From Geosiphon pyriformis uo1 (Eukaryota; Fungi; Glomeromycota), in the NCBI GenBank assembly GCA_016748015.1, contig JAAOMT010000379.1, positions 106,574-170,573 on the forward strand: 64,000 bases of DNA. The letters are read 5' to 3'. Both the position numbers and the translations under genes were made by a program. Within the stretch, counting starts at the first letter, position 1. Every line of letters starts with the position of its first letter. This document shows positions 13,300-25,069 of the stretch, in pieces. The notes below the pieces were generated by a model. That model ran no database searches and was not told where the DNA came from. It saw nothing but the letters and a program-made list of their open reading frames with translations.

Positions 13300-15002
13300 T
13301 ATCTAAAATCTCCATCATTGAAAAGAGAGCCAAATTTCCGTTTTTGTTTTATAATAGTGTCATAAATATAGAAGACAATGCTATGTTTTAACTTAATCAT
13401 TATTAGAAAATTTCTATGAACTAAATAACATGACTGAAAAGTGATTTTCTGTTCTTGCTTTACCATAACTGCCAACTTTAGTTCAGGAAATGCTAGATGC
13501 TCACCCTCAAATGTCCCAAGAAGGCAGACAATACAGAATGTATTATAATAATCTTTTAAATCTCGATGAAATTGACAGATTTTATTAAAGTTAATACTAA
13601 TAGTGGAGAAAACTCCAAAAAATTTAGGAGTGTTAGGATCTAAGTTGAGTTTTTTTATTTTAGCATATAATGCCAGATATGCATTGTTAAGATAATTGTT
13701 TACTTTATCAGAAAGTGGCTGAAGTCTTCAAATTAAATCTTGAACACATTTACCATACTCCTAGGAATGTATAAAAATAGTATTTAAAGTAACATATAAT
13801 ATATTGTTATTATTAGTAAAACAACCAAAATGTTCTATTAAATCCTTGAAAAATTGATTAAATCGATGAAAAGGCTCACTAAAGTTGTGTTTATAATATT
13901 AATTTACTGTCATTCATGCAGTTTTTATGGCCAGGTGGTTGTTAAGGTCAGAGAAATCTATCATCATTTTATCAATTGCATTTTTAAAACACTTAGGTTT
14001 AGAAACATACTTGTAACCGTCTAGATAGATGTCATTTACAACCTTCTTAATTGTTTTATTTGCTATAAAAAGTTTATCATTTGGATAACATAGGAATAAA
14101 TTCAGGATATTATAAAGTTCTATAAGATTTTTTGGGGCTTTTATATGTAGTTCATACATGTGCCTTGTTTTTTTTCATAGATGGCAGCAATAGTGTCAAA
14201 ATTTTTTAGTCTTTTCAAAACCTGTCCACTGTTCAAACTTTTCTCACAGTTCTGAAAAGTTTTGATCTAAAGGGTCTTTATCATGAAAAATCTCACATTC
14301 TAACAACTCTAAATATTGAGTGAGTACTAAGAATTCTTTATTGTCATTGGAAATTAAATTGGTTGAATTTATTTTGGTAATATGTCTTTGAAATTTATTT
14401 TTTAAAAGTTTTTTGATGAATGTAGACCTTAGATTAAAGAATGTAAATGGTTGCAATATATTGGCTGATTTAAAATCATCAGTTTTAAAGTCTTTAGAAA
14501 CCCAAAATAACCAAATATAATTACGGATTTCTTTTTTTGTAAGTTTAAAAGTTTCTATTTGTGTTTTGTGCTAAAAAAATATATATAATAAATATGAAAA
14601 TATGTAGATATTAAAGAGGTAATAGATTTCAAGGAGTTATAAATTTCAAGAAGAATAAGAAGGATATATGCAAAAAATTTCTTATCCTATAGATAGTTCA
14701 GAGATTTTAGAAAGTGTATTGGATCTTTTTCTCCTTACTAAAAAACAATAATAATTTGGTAATCCATTCTTGAAGGTAAAATATATAAAGTAAAACTTTG
14801 TGAGGAAAAGTTCAATCAGTTTCTAAACTTTGTCTCGAAAGACAAATGATTGCCCCTATATTTCAAGTTTAACTATCAAACAATATATACAATGTATTTC
14901 GAACTTGCTAAAAAATACTACTATATAATTTAATTTACTTTAACCAAATCATAGAAAATTTTGACCTTCACCTTCTTGGCATGTTATTGTAACTTTTTCC
15001 GC
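13300..15002 (-). pseudogene. TET/JBP-family dioxygenase pseudogene, copy B (inverted paralogue of 3141-4638, transition-riddled)
   Basis: The reverse complement of ~13453-15002 aligns to 3141-4638, and ORFs 13914-14159 and 14244-14456 match copy A peptides. Beyond copy A's breakpoint it reads QKITFQSCYLVHRN...KHSIVFY, the distal His and the R-x-S-x-V-x-Y strand. Confidence 0.7.
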
Positions 15003-15143
15003 ATGTTCTGCTTTGTTTATTACTTGATGTGTCTATTGCTTGCTTAATTCCTCCAAAATATACAATAGTTCTAATAGTAAAAAAAACATAGAATGAAAAG
15101 TTGCTGGTGGAATAAAAGAATAAGACACTTGTTTGAATAACAT

Positions 15144-15230
15144 ATAAATTTTCTTTTGTAAGACTACTGATCAAATCACCATCATGATGTCAGATGGCAA
15201 TGATCAGCAGTCTTACTAAAGAAAATTTAT
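15144..15230. repeat. Inverted repeat/hairpin, 30-bp arms (28/30 match), 27-bp spacer
   Basis: 15144-15173 ataaattttcttttgtaagactactgatca versus the reverse complement of 15201-15230, ataaattttctttagtaagactgctgatca. Confidence 0.9.
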
Positions 15231-15324
15231 TGTGTTTTTGTTTTGGAATAGCAGTTTGGAAAATTATTTTATTTTATTTCTTCTAACTTTCAATGATTGT
15301 TTAGCTCTTGTCACTTATCTGATC

Positions 15325-15590
15325 TCAAACTTTCATAGATTTAATGTCATTGAAGACCACTCTCAATAAGCAATCATATGAAAAGGAAAAACTTTAGCTA
15401 TAAATTCTGTTTTTCTATCTGCTATGTATCACTTTACAATAAGAGATTTTTAACTTTTTTTTCTTTATATGGTAAATTTATCTAAGATGTCTCTATAGTA
15501 TGTGCATTTAGGGAGATAATTGAAAAGTTGTCATCAAAAATTGAAAAAAAACTTGCTGTGAAAGTGCCTTCTATGTGTAATATTAATTCA
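15325..15590 (+). repeat. Fragment of the gene family at 22919-24805, carrying the empty Tc1 site
   Basis: Aligns to the reverse complements of ~24708-24805 and ~23932-24099 joined directly. Confidence 0.8.
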
Positions 15591-15714
15591 ATACCTAATA
15601 TTTTTAAATATTGAGTTTTTATTTCTGTTATTCTATTTTTTTTCTTTTAAAAAAGCCATCTTGATGATTAGAAATATTTGGCCTGCTATTTTTTTCACTA
15701 TTCTTTTTTTACTC

Positions 15715-16730
15715 ATATTGTTTATGTGGTCTTCAGATGATAGATAATGTCTGAAAGTGTAAAGAAGAGATGTTATGCTTGTCTTCAGACAGTGACCTTT
15801 TCAATACAGTTTTGTTTACTAGTTTACCCTTAGGTGATCAGTCAGCAGAAGTGCAAGTGGAAAAATCTCACTTACCTTCAAGTGGTAAACTTTCTACTTG
15901 TAAAGATAAGCTGCCAAGTTTTGTGTAGTTCTCAGACAGCAAACTGGTGGCAATTTTTTCTCTACCCACATTGTCCATGCAGTTTTCAGACAGTAGATAA
16001 TGTCTGGAAGTATGAAGAAAAAATGTCATGCTTGTCCTCAGACAGTGACTTTTTCAACACAATTTTGTTTACTGGTTTACTCTCAGGTGATTAGTTGGCA
16101 GAAGTACAAATAGAAAAATCTTACTTATTCTCAGGTGGTAAACTTTCTACTTGTAAAAATAAGCCACCAAGTTTTGTGTAGTCCTCAAACAGCAAACTGA
16201 TGGCAAGTTTTTTTCTATTTTTGTTTTACTCACATTGTTCATGCAGTCCTCAGATGGTAGATAATGCCTGGAAGTGTGAAGAAGAGATGTCATTCTTGTT
16301 CTCAGACAGTGATCTTTTCAACACAATCTTGTTTACTGGTTTATGCTTAGGTGATCAGTTGCAGAAGTACAAATAAAAAGATCTCACTTACCCTCAGATG
16401 GTAAACTTTTTACTTGTAAAGATAAGTCACCAAGATTTGTGTGGTCCTTAGACAGCAAACTAGTGAAGACTGATAATAGTTGGTATTTTTTGGTCCAACT
16501 AAATCCAGATTTAATTTCTCAATTTGTATTTTTTTGCATTGTATTACTTACTACTTATTAAGTTAACATTATACTCTCAAGATTCAACTAAATCAATTTG
16601 TGATTACGCCTAATCTAATAAAAGCTTTCTGTAACAGTTATCTTATGTGGTTGAAGGTACAGTATTATTAGAATTTTTAATTAATACATAAAACCCAAAA
16701 CTCGGTTTTTAAAAATTTCAACAATAGAAC
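15715..16730 (+). repeat. ~255-bp tandem repeat (3 units) plus shared flank; inverted homologue at 25070-27430
   Basis: Marker aaacttt(c/t)tacttgtaaa at ~15887, 16141 and 16404; flank ~16461-16705 matches the reverse complement of ~25083-25330. Confidence 0.85.
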
Positions 16731-17189
16731 TCGAAAACTAAGTTTTTATGTAAAAACCTTATTCAATTATTTGATACTCTGCCAACTCATGCTGACCAGT
16801 TTCTGGATATTATTAATATCTCTTTTTGCAAAACTTTCTGTGTATTTATACTAGGACTTAGGAAAAATATGACCTTGATTTTTATATTAGCTGTTTTTAA
16901 TCTATTTATAACTGACAATATTATCTTATTTTAACAAATGCTGCCCTTTTGGAGATGAGGTTTACCAAAATTGAATCCGAAATAGAGCTGGTTGAGTCTG
17001 TGGATATATTGACCACATGTCTTTTAGAATTACTTTATAGTAACTCTGATTTTTGAATCGAATTTTTCCTTAACAGAACTGAGAAGTATGTTTTCATTTT
17101 GTGTACTGTTCTTAGTGTTTATTAGTTTTTGTTTCCATTTTTAACAATAATTTTACACTTTGTTTTCTAAGAAACTCAAAAAGCACTCC

Positions 17190-17984
17190 AATGACAATAA
17201 AAAATAGATCTGATCTTCTTGGATATGTTAAAAATGTACTAGTTGGTTCCACTGTTCACAAAACTTTACCTGGATGATCTCAATGTTTGATACACAGCTG
17301 TTAAGATAAGCATTAATATTGTTTATATTCTTAAAACCATGATTACAAAGAATGTTTTTCCTGCTAATGTAATCCCTCTTGGTAAGCCACTTAAACTCAG
17401 AAATTCTACAATTACTTTCTTTGAAGAGTATGTTAAAAAAGTTGTTTTGAACAGTAGACTCTATGGTTTTTATGGCTGTGTTGATATGTTAAAGATTATC
17501 ATAGACTCATTCAGGTCTTGGAAGGACCAATTTTTAGAGCAGGTTGGCCAGAGGAATATATAATCAAACTAAAGACACGTGGAATTGAACACCCACCAAA
17601 AAATGAGCAAACAACATGGATAATAACATGCAATTTGCTCACTGGACTGAAGAGATTTCATCAATGCAATTACATTCATTGCAACATTCATTTATTGAAT
17701 ATTGTTTACAATTCAAATAATTCCAAAGGGTATGAAAATGTTCTTATTGATTTAAGCATAGAGATAGAGCAAACAAAGAATTCGACATCTTATTGACAGA
17801 CTGAGATGATGGCACATCTGATCAGAATAATATATACACAACTCTTTTAGACATTTATCATTTAGGCAAGTTATTAAAAGAGCTTAATACAGTGTTTTCC
17901 AATGATAGACAGAACTTTATAAACAAATTAAAAATTAAGATGCTGGAAGCAAATACAGCACTTAAACATCCATAGATTGCTTAA
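17190..17984 (+). pseudogene. Crinkler-type/atypical protein kinase pseudogene
   Basis: LLTGLKRFHQCNYIHCNIHLLNIVY...VLID reads as a decayed HRDIRxxN catalytic loop and DFx motif; frameshifts and stops present. Confidence 0.65.
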
Positions 17985-18953
17985 TTTGAGTTATAAGTAA
18001 TATATTTGGTGACTTGATCTTTATTTCTTAATCTATGTATATATAGCTTTAGAATACTACAATATTATTAATAAAAATAAAATAGAGCAAATAAAACTTT
18101 TCCATATTTCTGATTAATAAGTAATGTGTATAGTCTTATTATATTATTAAAAATTTCTTTGGCAAAAGTGATAAGACTGGCTAAAGTTAGAATTGATACA
18201 GTATGGATGTTTAAAGAAAGGAATATGCTGGTTCCTAGACTTTTTGTTTAATGAAAATGACAGTTTCTTTCTGTTTATGCATAAATTATGCATAAAAACT
18301 TTCTTTTACAGTAGAAATTGGTAACCACTTATTTAAATGAATTGTTTGGCATAAAGTAAATAATACTTTACTTTTAAATGTGTATTTCTGGAATTTATCT
18401 GTTAAAACATTAAGCTCTGCTTATTCTGGTGTATTGACTGTATCAGTGCTGATGCAAATACAAACTGGGTGGAAAAAAAATTTCTTAACATACTATCAAA
18501 TAAAGCTTTAAAAAACTCTCTTCATAATAATTGATTCATATTTTATCTCTTATCCTTTGTCTTTTATCCAAATCATGGAAAACAAAAAAATTAATAAAAA
18601 TTGTCTATATGCTTATAATTTAAAATAAATAAATAATATCTATTTAAATATTTCATACAACATTAGCCATACTAATTAGAGTATTTATTATATTCATTTC
18701 TCAATATGATAAAATATACACTTTTATTCTTTCATTAATTTATTATAAAAGAATATTTTCTCACATCTAACTGAGAAAATACGTTTTCATTTATCTTTAA
18801 TCAGTGTCTTTAAGCATATTTAGCACATTAAAAGTTGCAATTTAACACGGAACCAAATTAAGATATAATTAAGTCGAGTCATTAAAATTATTTGTGATTC
18901 ATTATAGGAATGATAAGTGTTTTTATAAACTAATTATGATAAAATAGCTGCGA

Positions 18954-19073
18954 NNNNNNNNNNNNNNNNNNNNNNNNNNNNNNNNNNNNNNNNNNNNNNN
19001 NNNNNNNNNNNNNNNNNNNNNNNNNNNNNNNNNNNNNNNNNNNNNNNNNNNNNNNNNNNNNNNNNNNNNNNNN
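18954..19073. other. Assembly gap (N run)
   Basis: Run of N. Confidence 1.
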
Positions 19074-20997
19074 GATTTTTCTTTAAGTTTGGCTAGTTGA
19101 TGATTTTACTTCTATTACATGTAATTGGTTCAAGGTTATCTTGAATATATCATCAAAATGAATATGATATTTCAACTATTAATACGAGAATATTGATTGT
19201 TTAAATAGTCAATTAACATTATAAAAAAGATTTTATACTTTTCTACCTACTTCCTTGAATATTTTTGTTCAATTAAATAGAGATTCGACTTTTTAATTGA
19301 TTAGAAAGCCAAAAACCCAATCTCTTATTTCGGATTAGGTTTAATTATTTTGCTTTTAAATATTTAACAATAAAAAAACTTTTCACTCCAGAAAATTATT
19401 TGGTTACAAAATCATCACTAAGAAATAAAAAATTTATTAAACCGCTCAAGATTCTTTTAAATGGCTCTAAATTTAAGTATTATAAAAATAAAAATCAATC
19501 TGAAATAAAATTTTTAAAATTTAGGAGAGAATTTTTGTAGCTAAATGAATTACAAAATTTTGTTTAACATTTAAAAATATAATATTATAGATTTTTTAAG
19601 CTAATAAATTAAGGACTTCTGTTTTATTATATCTTTAAAAGTTAAAAATTTAGGGAGATTTTAATAGTAAATAGCCATAGCTAGGATGGTATGATTGATT
19701 TTGTTGGGAAAAATAATATTCCATTTTTTTATTAATTAAAACATAAATGATCATATTGTCATACCATTTCCTTTTACTTCGTGACAAACATGCATCATTG
19801 TTAGAAAGTTGTAGAACTCTTTATTATCCAAATTTTAACTGTTGTACTATTTTATCGTTTTTTTCTTTCTGAGCTACTTTTTGACAAAAGTTTTTGGGTG
19901 TATTTATAATATAGATTATTTAATAATATAAATATGTATTTTTTTACAGTTATTGAAAATAAAATTTTGGAGGAATTTAGCTTTTTTCATCTTAAGAATT
20001 TTCACAATTAAAAAATGTCTTATTTTAATGTGGAATTTGATAAGAGTAATCTGGTGACATCAATATTTTAATTCTGATTACTAATAAGGAATAAAAATTT
20101 ATTAATTAATATGAAGGGAAGAACAATTTATTCTGTTTATGCCTTAAAATATTTTACAAAAGCAAGAGTTTCTAAGAATTTTCGAATTACATAAAAGTAA
20201 AAGCTTATTGAAACGAGTTAAATATGATATTGTATGTAGCTTGAGAGTGTTTAGCATAATAAATTAGAGAGCAAGTAGTTAGGTGTGAACGTTTATGAAA
20301 GTTTTTCAAGTTCAACTAGCCTCCATATATCAATTACTAATAAAAAAAAAGGTTATGCTTGTTTGTTTAGTATTGCTATGTTTCAGAATTGGATGACATT
20401 TGAATTACAGATATCTACTTTTTTTATTTTCAATAACCTTTAAATTTAGACCTTTCTTAATTGAATCTTAATTAATAAATTTAAGCTTTTTTCCTAGTAA
20501 AAAATAACTTTTTAAGACAAAATTTATTATTAAGCCTAAATATATTTTACTTGGTAATCATTTATTTTCATCATAATTTCTTGATACTTTTTTGTTTTAA
20601 ATTAAAATTTTGCAGACTTTTTAAAATATCATAAATTCATCAAGTTTATTTTTCAAGTAGATGCTTTTGTTTCATATTGTAACAAATATATTTCTAATTT
20701 TTCTTTTTTTCTTAATATTATGATTGCACCTTCAAAGTAAGGCTCGGAAAAATACTTTTGTCAAAGTTTTTTTTAACTTTTCCATTCTTATGGGCATTTT
20801 TATTTTTGTCAAGAATAAAATAAATATATAAGGCGCATAAAATACTAATCAAACTGCTTCTAATTAAAAAATTTCTGAATTTGAATATTGATTACAAATT
20901 TCCAACAAAAAAATTATCAACATAGCTCATTATTATTCTTAGTTGAATTAAGAAGGAATTCTTTCCATCTAAACTATTCCCCAAAGTATTGTTATAT

Positions 20998-21913
20998 NNN
21001 NNNNNNNNNNNNNNNNNNNNNNNNNNNNNNNNNNNNNNNNNNNNNNNNNNNNNNNNNNNNNNNNNNNNNNNNNNNNNNNNNNNNNNNNNNNNNNNNNNNN
21101 NNNNNNNNNNNNNNNNNNNNNNNNNNNNNNNNNNNNNNNNNNNNNNNNNNNNNNNNNNNNNNNNNNNNNNNNNNNNNNNNNNNNNNNNNNNNNNNNNNNN
21201 NNNNNNNNNNNNNNNNNNNNNNNNNNNNNNNNNNNNNNNNNNNNNNNNNNNNNNNNNNNNNNNNNNNNNNNNNNNNNNNNNNNNNNNNNNNNNNNNNNNN
21301 NNNNNNNNNNNNNNNNNNNNNNNNNNNNNNNNNNNNNNNNNNNNNNNNNNNNNNNNNNNNNNNNNNNNNNNNNNNNNNNNNNNNNNNNNNNNNNNNNNNN
21401 NNNNNNNNNNNNNNNNNNNNNNNNNNNNNNNNNNNNNNNNNNNNNNNNNNNNNNNNNNNNNNNNNNNNNNNNNNNNNNNNNNNNNNNNNNNNNNNNNNNN
21501 NNNNNNNNNNNNNNNNNNNNNNNNNNNNNNNNNNNNNNNNNNNNNNNNNNNNNNNNNNNNNNNNNNNNNNNNNNNNNNNNNNNNNNNNNNNNNNNNNNNN
21601 NNNNNNNNNNNNNNNNNNNNNNNNNNNNNNNNNNNNNNNNNNNNNNNNNNNNNNNNNNNNNNNNNNNNNNNNNNNNNNNNNNNNNNNNNNNNNNNNNNNN
21701 NNNNNNNNNNNNNNNNNNNNNNNNNNNNNNNNNNNNNNNNNNNNNNNNNNNNNNNNNNNNNNNNNNNNNNNNNNNNNNNNNNNNNNNNNNNNNNNNNNNN
21801 NNNNNNNNNNNNNNNNNNNNNNNNNNNNNNNNNNNNNNNNNNNNNNNNNNNNNNNNNNNNNNNNNNNNNNNNNNNNNNNNNNNNNNNNNNNNNNNNNNNN
21901 NNNNNNNNNNNNN
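20998..21913. other. Assembly gap (N run)
   Basis: Run of N. Confidence 1.
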
Positions 21914-24101
21914 GAAATTAACAAATAAATTTTCAAGATAAAGCTTCTTTATTAATTTGAGCAAGTTTTTAACAACTTTTTTACAACCGTTTATTATTAT
22001 AGATATTTCATTATAAACGGCTATTTAATAAAATTTAATGTTATTTCTTTTTGATTCATTGGTAAGTTTTATTATAAGTTTTATTTTAAGTTGTTTTCGC
22101 TTTGTGATTTAATTAATATTTATTTTTTTCAACTATTTAAATTCTATTACCAATCCTTTTAAATCCAAGTTTTATTTAATTCAAAAAGCTAAAAAATTAT
22201 TATTATGTTTTATAAACTAAAATTATCCCAAAGAACATTTACAATCGAATATTTTTTTACTAGCCAATTTTAGTGTGCGCATTTTTCACATTTTTGTATT
22301 TGACTACACATATATATTAAGTTTATTATTAATACTTTAATTCCATATCAAATTTTTGATTTTCCAATTTAAATTTCTAATTCAAATATAATATATATTT
22401 ATAAATTAATTGTTTTTTTTTGTTTTTCTTAGAATAAAACAAATGACCTATAAAATTTTTATTTTTTTGGATTGAAATCAATCTGATGTTAATGAAAAAC
22501 TTTTGCATTCAATTAAGACAGATAAGCCTTTTTTTTGAAAAATTTAAAAGTTGTGTTTTGTTTAATTAATAGCATTAAAATAATAAATCTTAATCTATTT
22601 GTAAACATTATACTTTCGGTTTTTGTTATTTAAATTACATATATAAGTAAACCAAATTTTTTCAAAGCATATCTCAATTCAATAAAAAATAGCAGATCAT
22701 ATATTTTCTAATCATCAAAGTGGCTTATTGAAAAGAAAAAAAAATAGAATAGCCATAGCAAATAGAAAGTCAATATTTAAAAATATTAGATAAGCAACAT
22801 TCATGAATAGAAAACGAGAAAAAAGGGTTAGAAGAGCAATTAATGACAATATTATAAAATAAATTGATTATTACTTAGTGAGAAACTGACTGGTAAAAAA
22901 TTACAAAATAAATGACATTTATTCTAACTCAGGCACCCTTAACACATCACGAACCTTTGTTTCTTTAGTTCTAAGTACAGATTTATTAATTTTTTCTATT
23001 AACGCCTCCTGCTTTATCATTTCATCCTACAGAAAAGATACCACCATATAAATTACCAGAAATAAAAGTATGATCAGATACCTAATCTAAACACATACAT
23101 AAAAGATAGCCATCATCCTGAGGACAGCTTTATATTGGCTCCGGGCATTAAAACTGAAAGGTATTGTGGCTCTAGCAAGCTCTGTTACAAGAAAATGTCC
23201 ATCAGGAAGCATGCTGAGAGCATAAAGGGTAAGTTGATTGTCTAAAGTGATGGAAATGGAATATTAAAAAATACAACCTCTTAACCTAAACCATATACCA
23301 TGCACTTACTTATTGACTGGGTGCTAAAAACCCTAATCTTTACTGCAAGTTTTACTTCACAATCGAGATAATCCCATAATATTACAATTAAATTCAGAAT
23401 ATTAATTCGGAGTGTTTTCTTTAAGTTATTTAAGGTGTGCTTCTCACTTGGATTATAAGAAGGGCCTACAACTTCCATGTGCCAAATATCTAATCCATCA
23501 TAAAATCTTGTTGCCTTAATATCCATTTACACAATTCCAGAATTGGTTGATGACTTCATTATTTTTGCAGTGTGAGCTTGTAATTTGATACAATCAAATT
23601 CAAGGTTAAGAAAAGTTCTTTCATAATATTTAAATAAAAAAGATACTTGATATACTATGTGTTTTTGTTCCCCTATTTTTCTGCTCATTATAGAATTGAC
23701 ATCTATAAGATGGTAACTAAATGAAAGCAATTATTGGTATCTTCTTTGATATTAATATACAAATAGATATTAATGTTTACATACAAGTCAATGAGAACTT
23801 TTTCACAATAAAGTCTAAAACGCTGATCTTCATTCCCTAACAATTTAGCTTAGACTTTAGTTTGGTAATTATCCATTGTTTCTTCGAAGATAGTGTTAAG
23901 ATACTTCTCCAAAACAGATGTTTATACAGCAGAATTAATATCATGCATAGAAAATACCTTCACAGCAAGTTTCTCTCCAATTTTTAATAACAACTCCTCA
24001 ATTGTCTCTCCAGATGTACATACTATAGAGATGTTTTGAATAAATTTATCATAATAAGAGAGCAAAGTTAAGAATCTTTTATTGTAAAGTGATATGTAGT
24101 A

Positions 24102-24706
24102 CAGAGGGTGTCCAAAAGTTTCCGAACAAACTTTGGAGTAACATTCCACATGCTTGAATAATTAGAAAAGCACGAGTTTATTACTAAATTAAGTTAGTTA
24201 ATTATTTAATTACGCGTTTTTTATTTTTTAAACACGCGTGTATAATGTTTTTTCGCGACGCGCATAATCGATTTTATTCATACTCGTTTTTTATAAAAAT
24301 GAAATGTAACGCGCATATAAGATTTTTTCGTCGTTTTTATTAAAACGAAATGGGAGCAAAAAAAGAATTAATGATTGCTCAACGTAATACTATATGTTTA
24401 TTACAACAGCATGGCAAGAAATATCGTGATATTGCCAACATAGTCAATTGCAGCTTGACAACAGTTTCGGATACAATAAAACGATTTAAAGAAACTGGTT
24501 CAATTGATTCAAGACCTTGTTCAGGACGTCCACGTTAATTTACTCACCAAAAATATCGCCGACTTAAACGTTTAGTAACACTTAATGGAAAAATTTAGAA
24601 AATTACTATAAAATTATAAATATGTTGTTTATTTTGTTTTATTTTATAAAAAAATAAATATTATTGTTAAATAAAATCTTGTTCGGAAACTTTTGGACAC
24701 CCTCTG
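24102..24706 (+). mobile_element. Non-autonomous Tc1/mariner element (605 bp, internally deleted)
   Basis: Perfect 28-bp TIRs cagagggtgtccaaaagtttccgaacaa (24102-24129 and 24679-24706); TA duplication at 24100-24101 and 24707-24708. Confidence 0.95.
24350..24538 (+). pseudogene. Truncated Tc1 transposase (N-terminal HTH plus GRPR motif only)
   Basis: YRDIANIVNCSLTTVSDTIKRFKETGS..SGRPR; no DDE domain before the right TIR. Confidence 0.9.
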
Positions 24707-25069
24707 TAGATAGAAAAACGGGACTTACTGCTGAAGTTTTTCTTTCTCATATGGTTGCTTATTGGGAGTTATTTTCAATGGCATTAAATCTATGAAAGTT
24801 TAAGGTGGAGTTGTGGGTGCAGGTAAAAAAATAGGCAAACCAGATCCTAATTGCAAATAGGCTTAGAAGATATTAGTTTTAGCATTAAGGCATATCACAT
24901 TCTGCAGATAATATGTGAGTATTTCATTTAAAATGAGTGTGTATACATGCATACTAATCTATCTTAGTAGTCTTGTAAATGTTAACTGATAGCTTACATA
25001 CTTTTTTTGTTTCGAAGAATATGGCCCATGTTTCTGCTATTGCTACTTCTGTATTAAACTATAATTATT

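Larger units (their letters stand above)
22919..24805 (-). pseudogene. Intron-containing Crinkler-like (possible PD-(D/E)xK) pseudogene interrupted by a Tc1 element
   Basis: ORF pieces 23922-24100, 23527-23730 and 23281-23526 plus two downstream exons (DNQLTLYALSMLPDG...; DEMIKQE...VLRVPELE*); motif MDIKA..DIWHMEVVG; in-frame stops. Confidence 0.55.

Noticed and set aside
20888-21964. 310-346 aa ORFs
   Set aside because: Almost entirely N-derived X residues.
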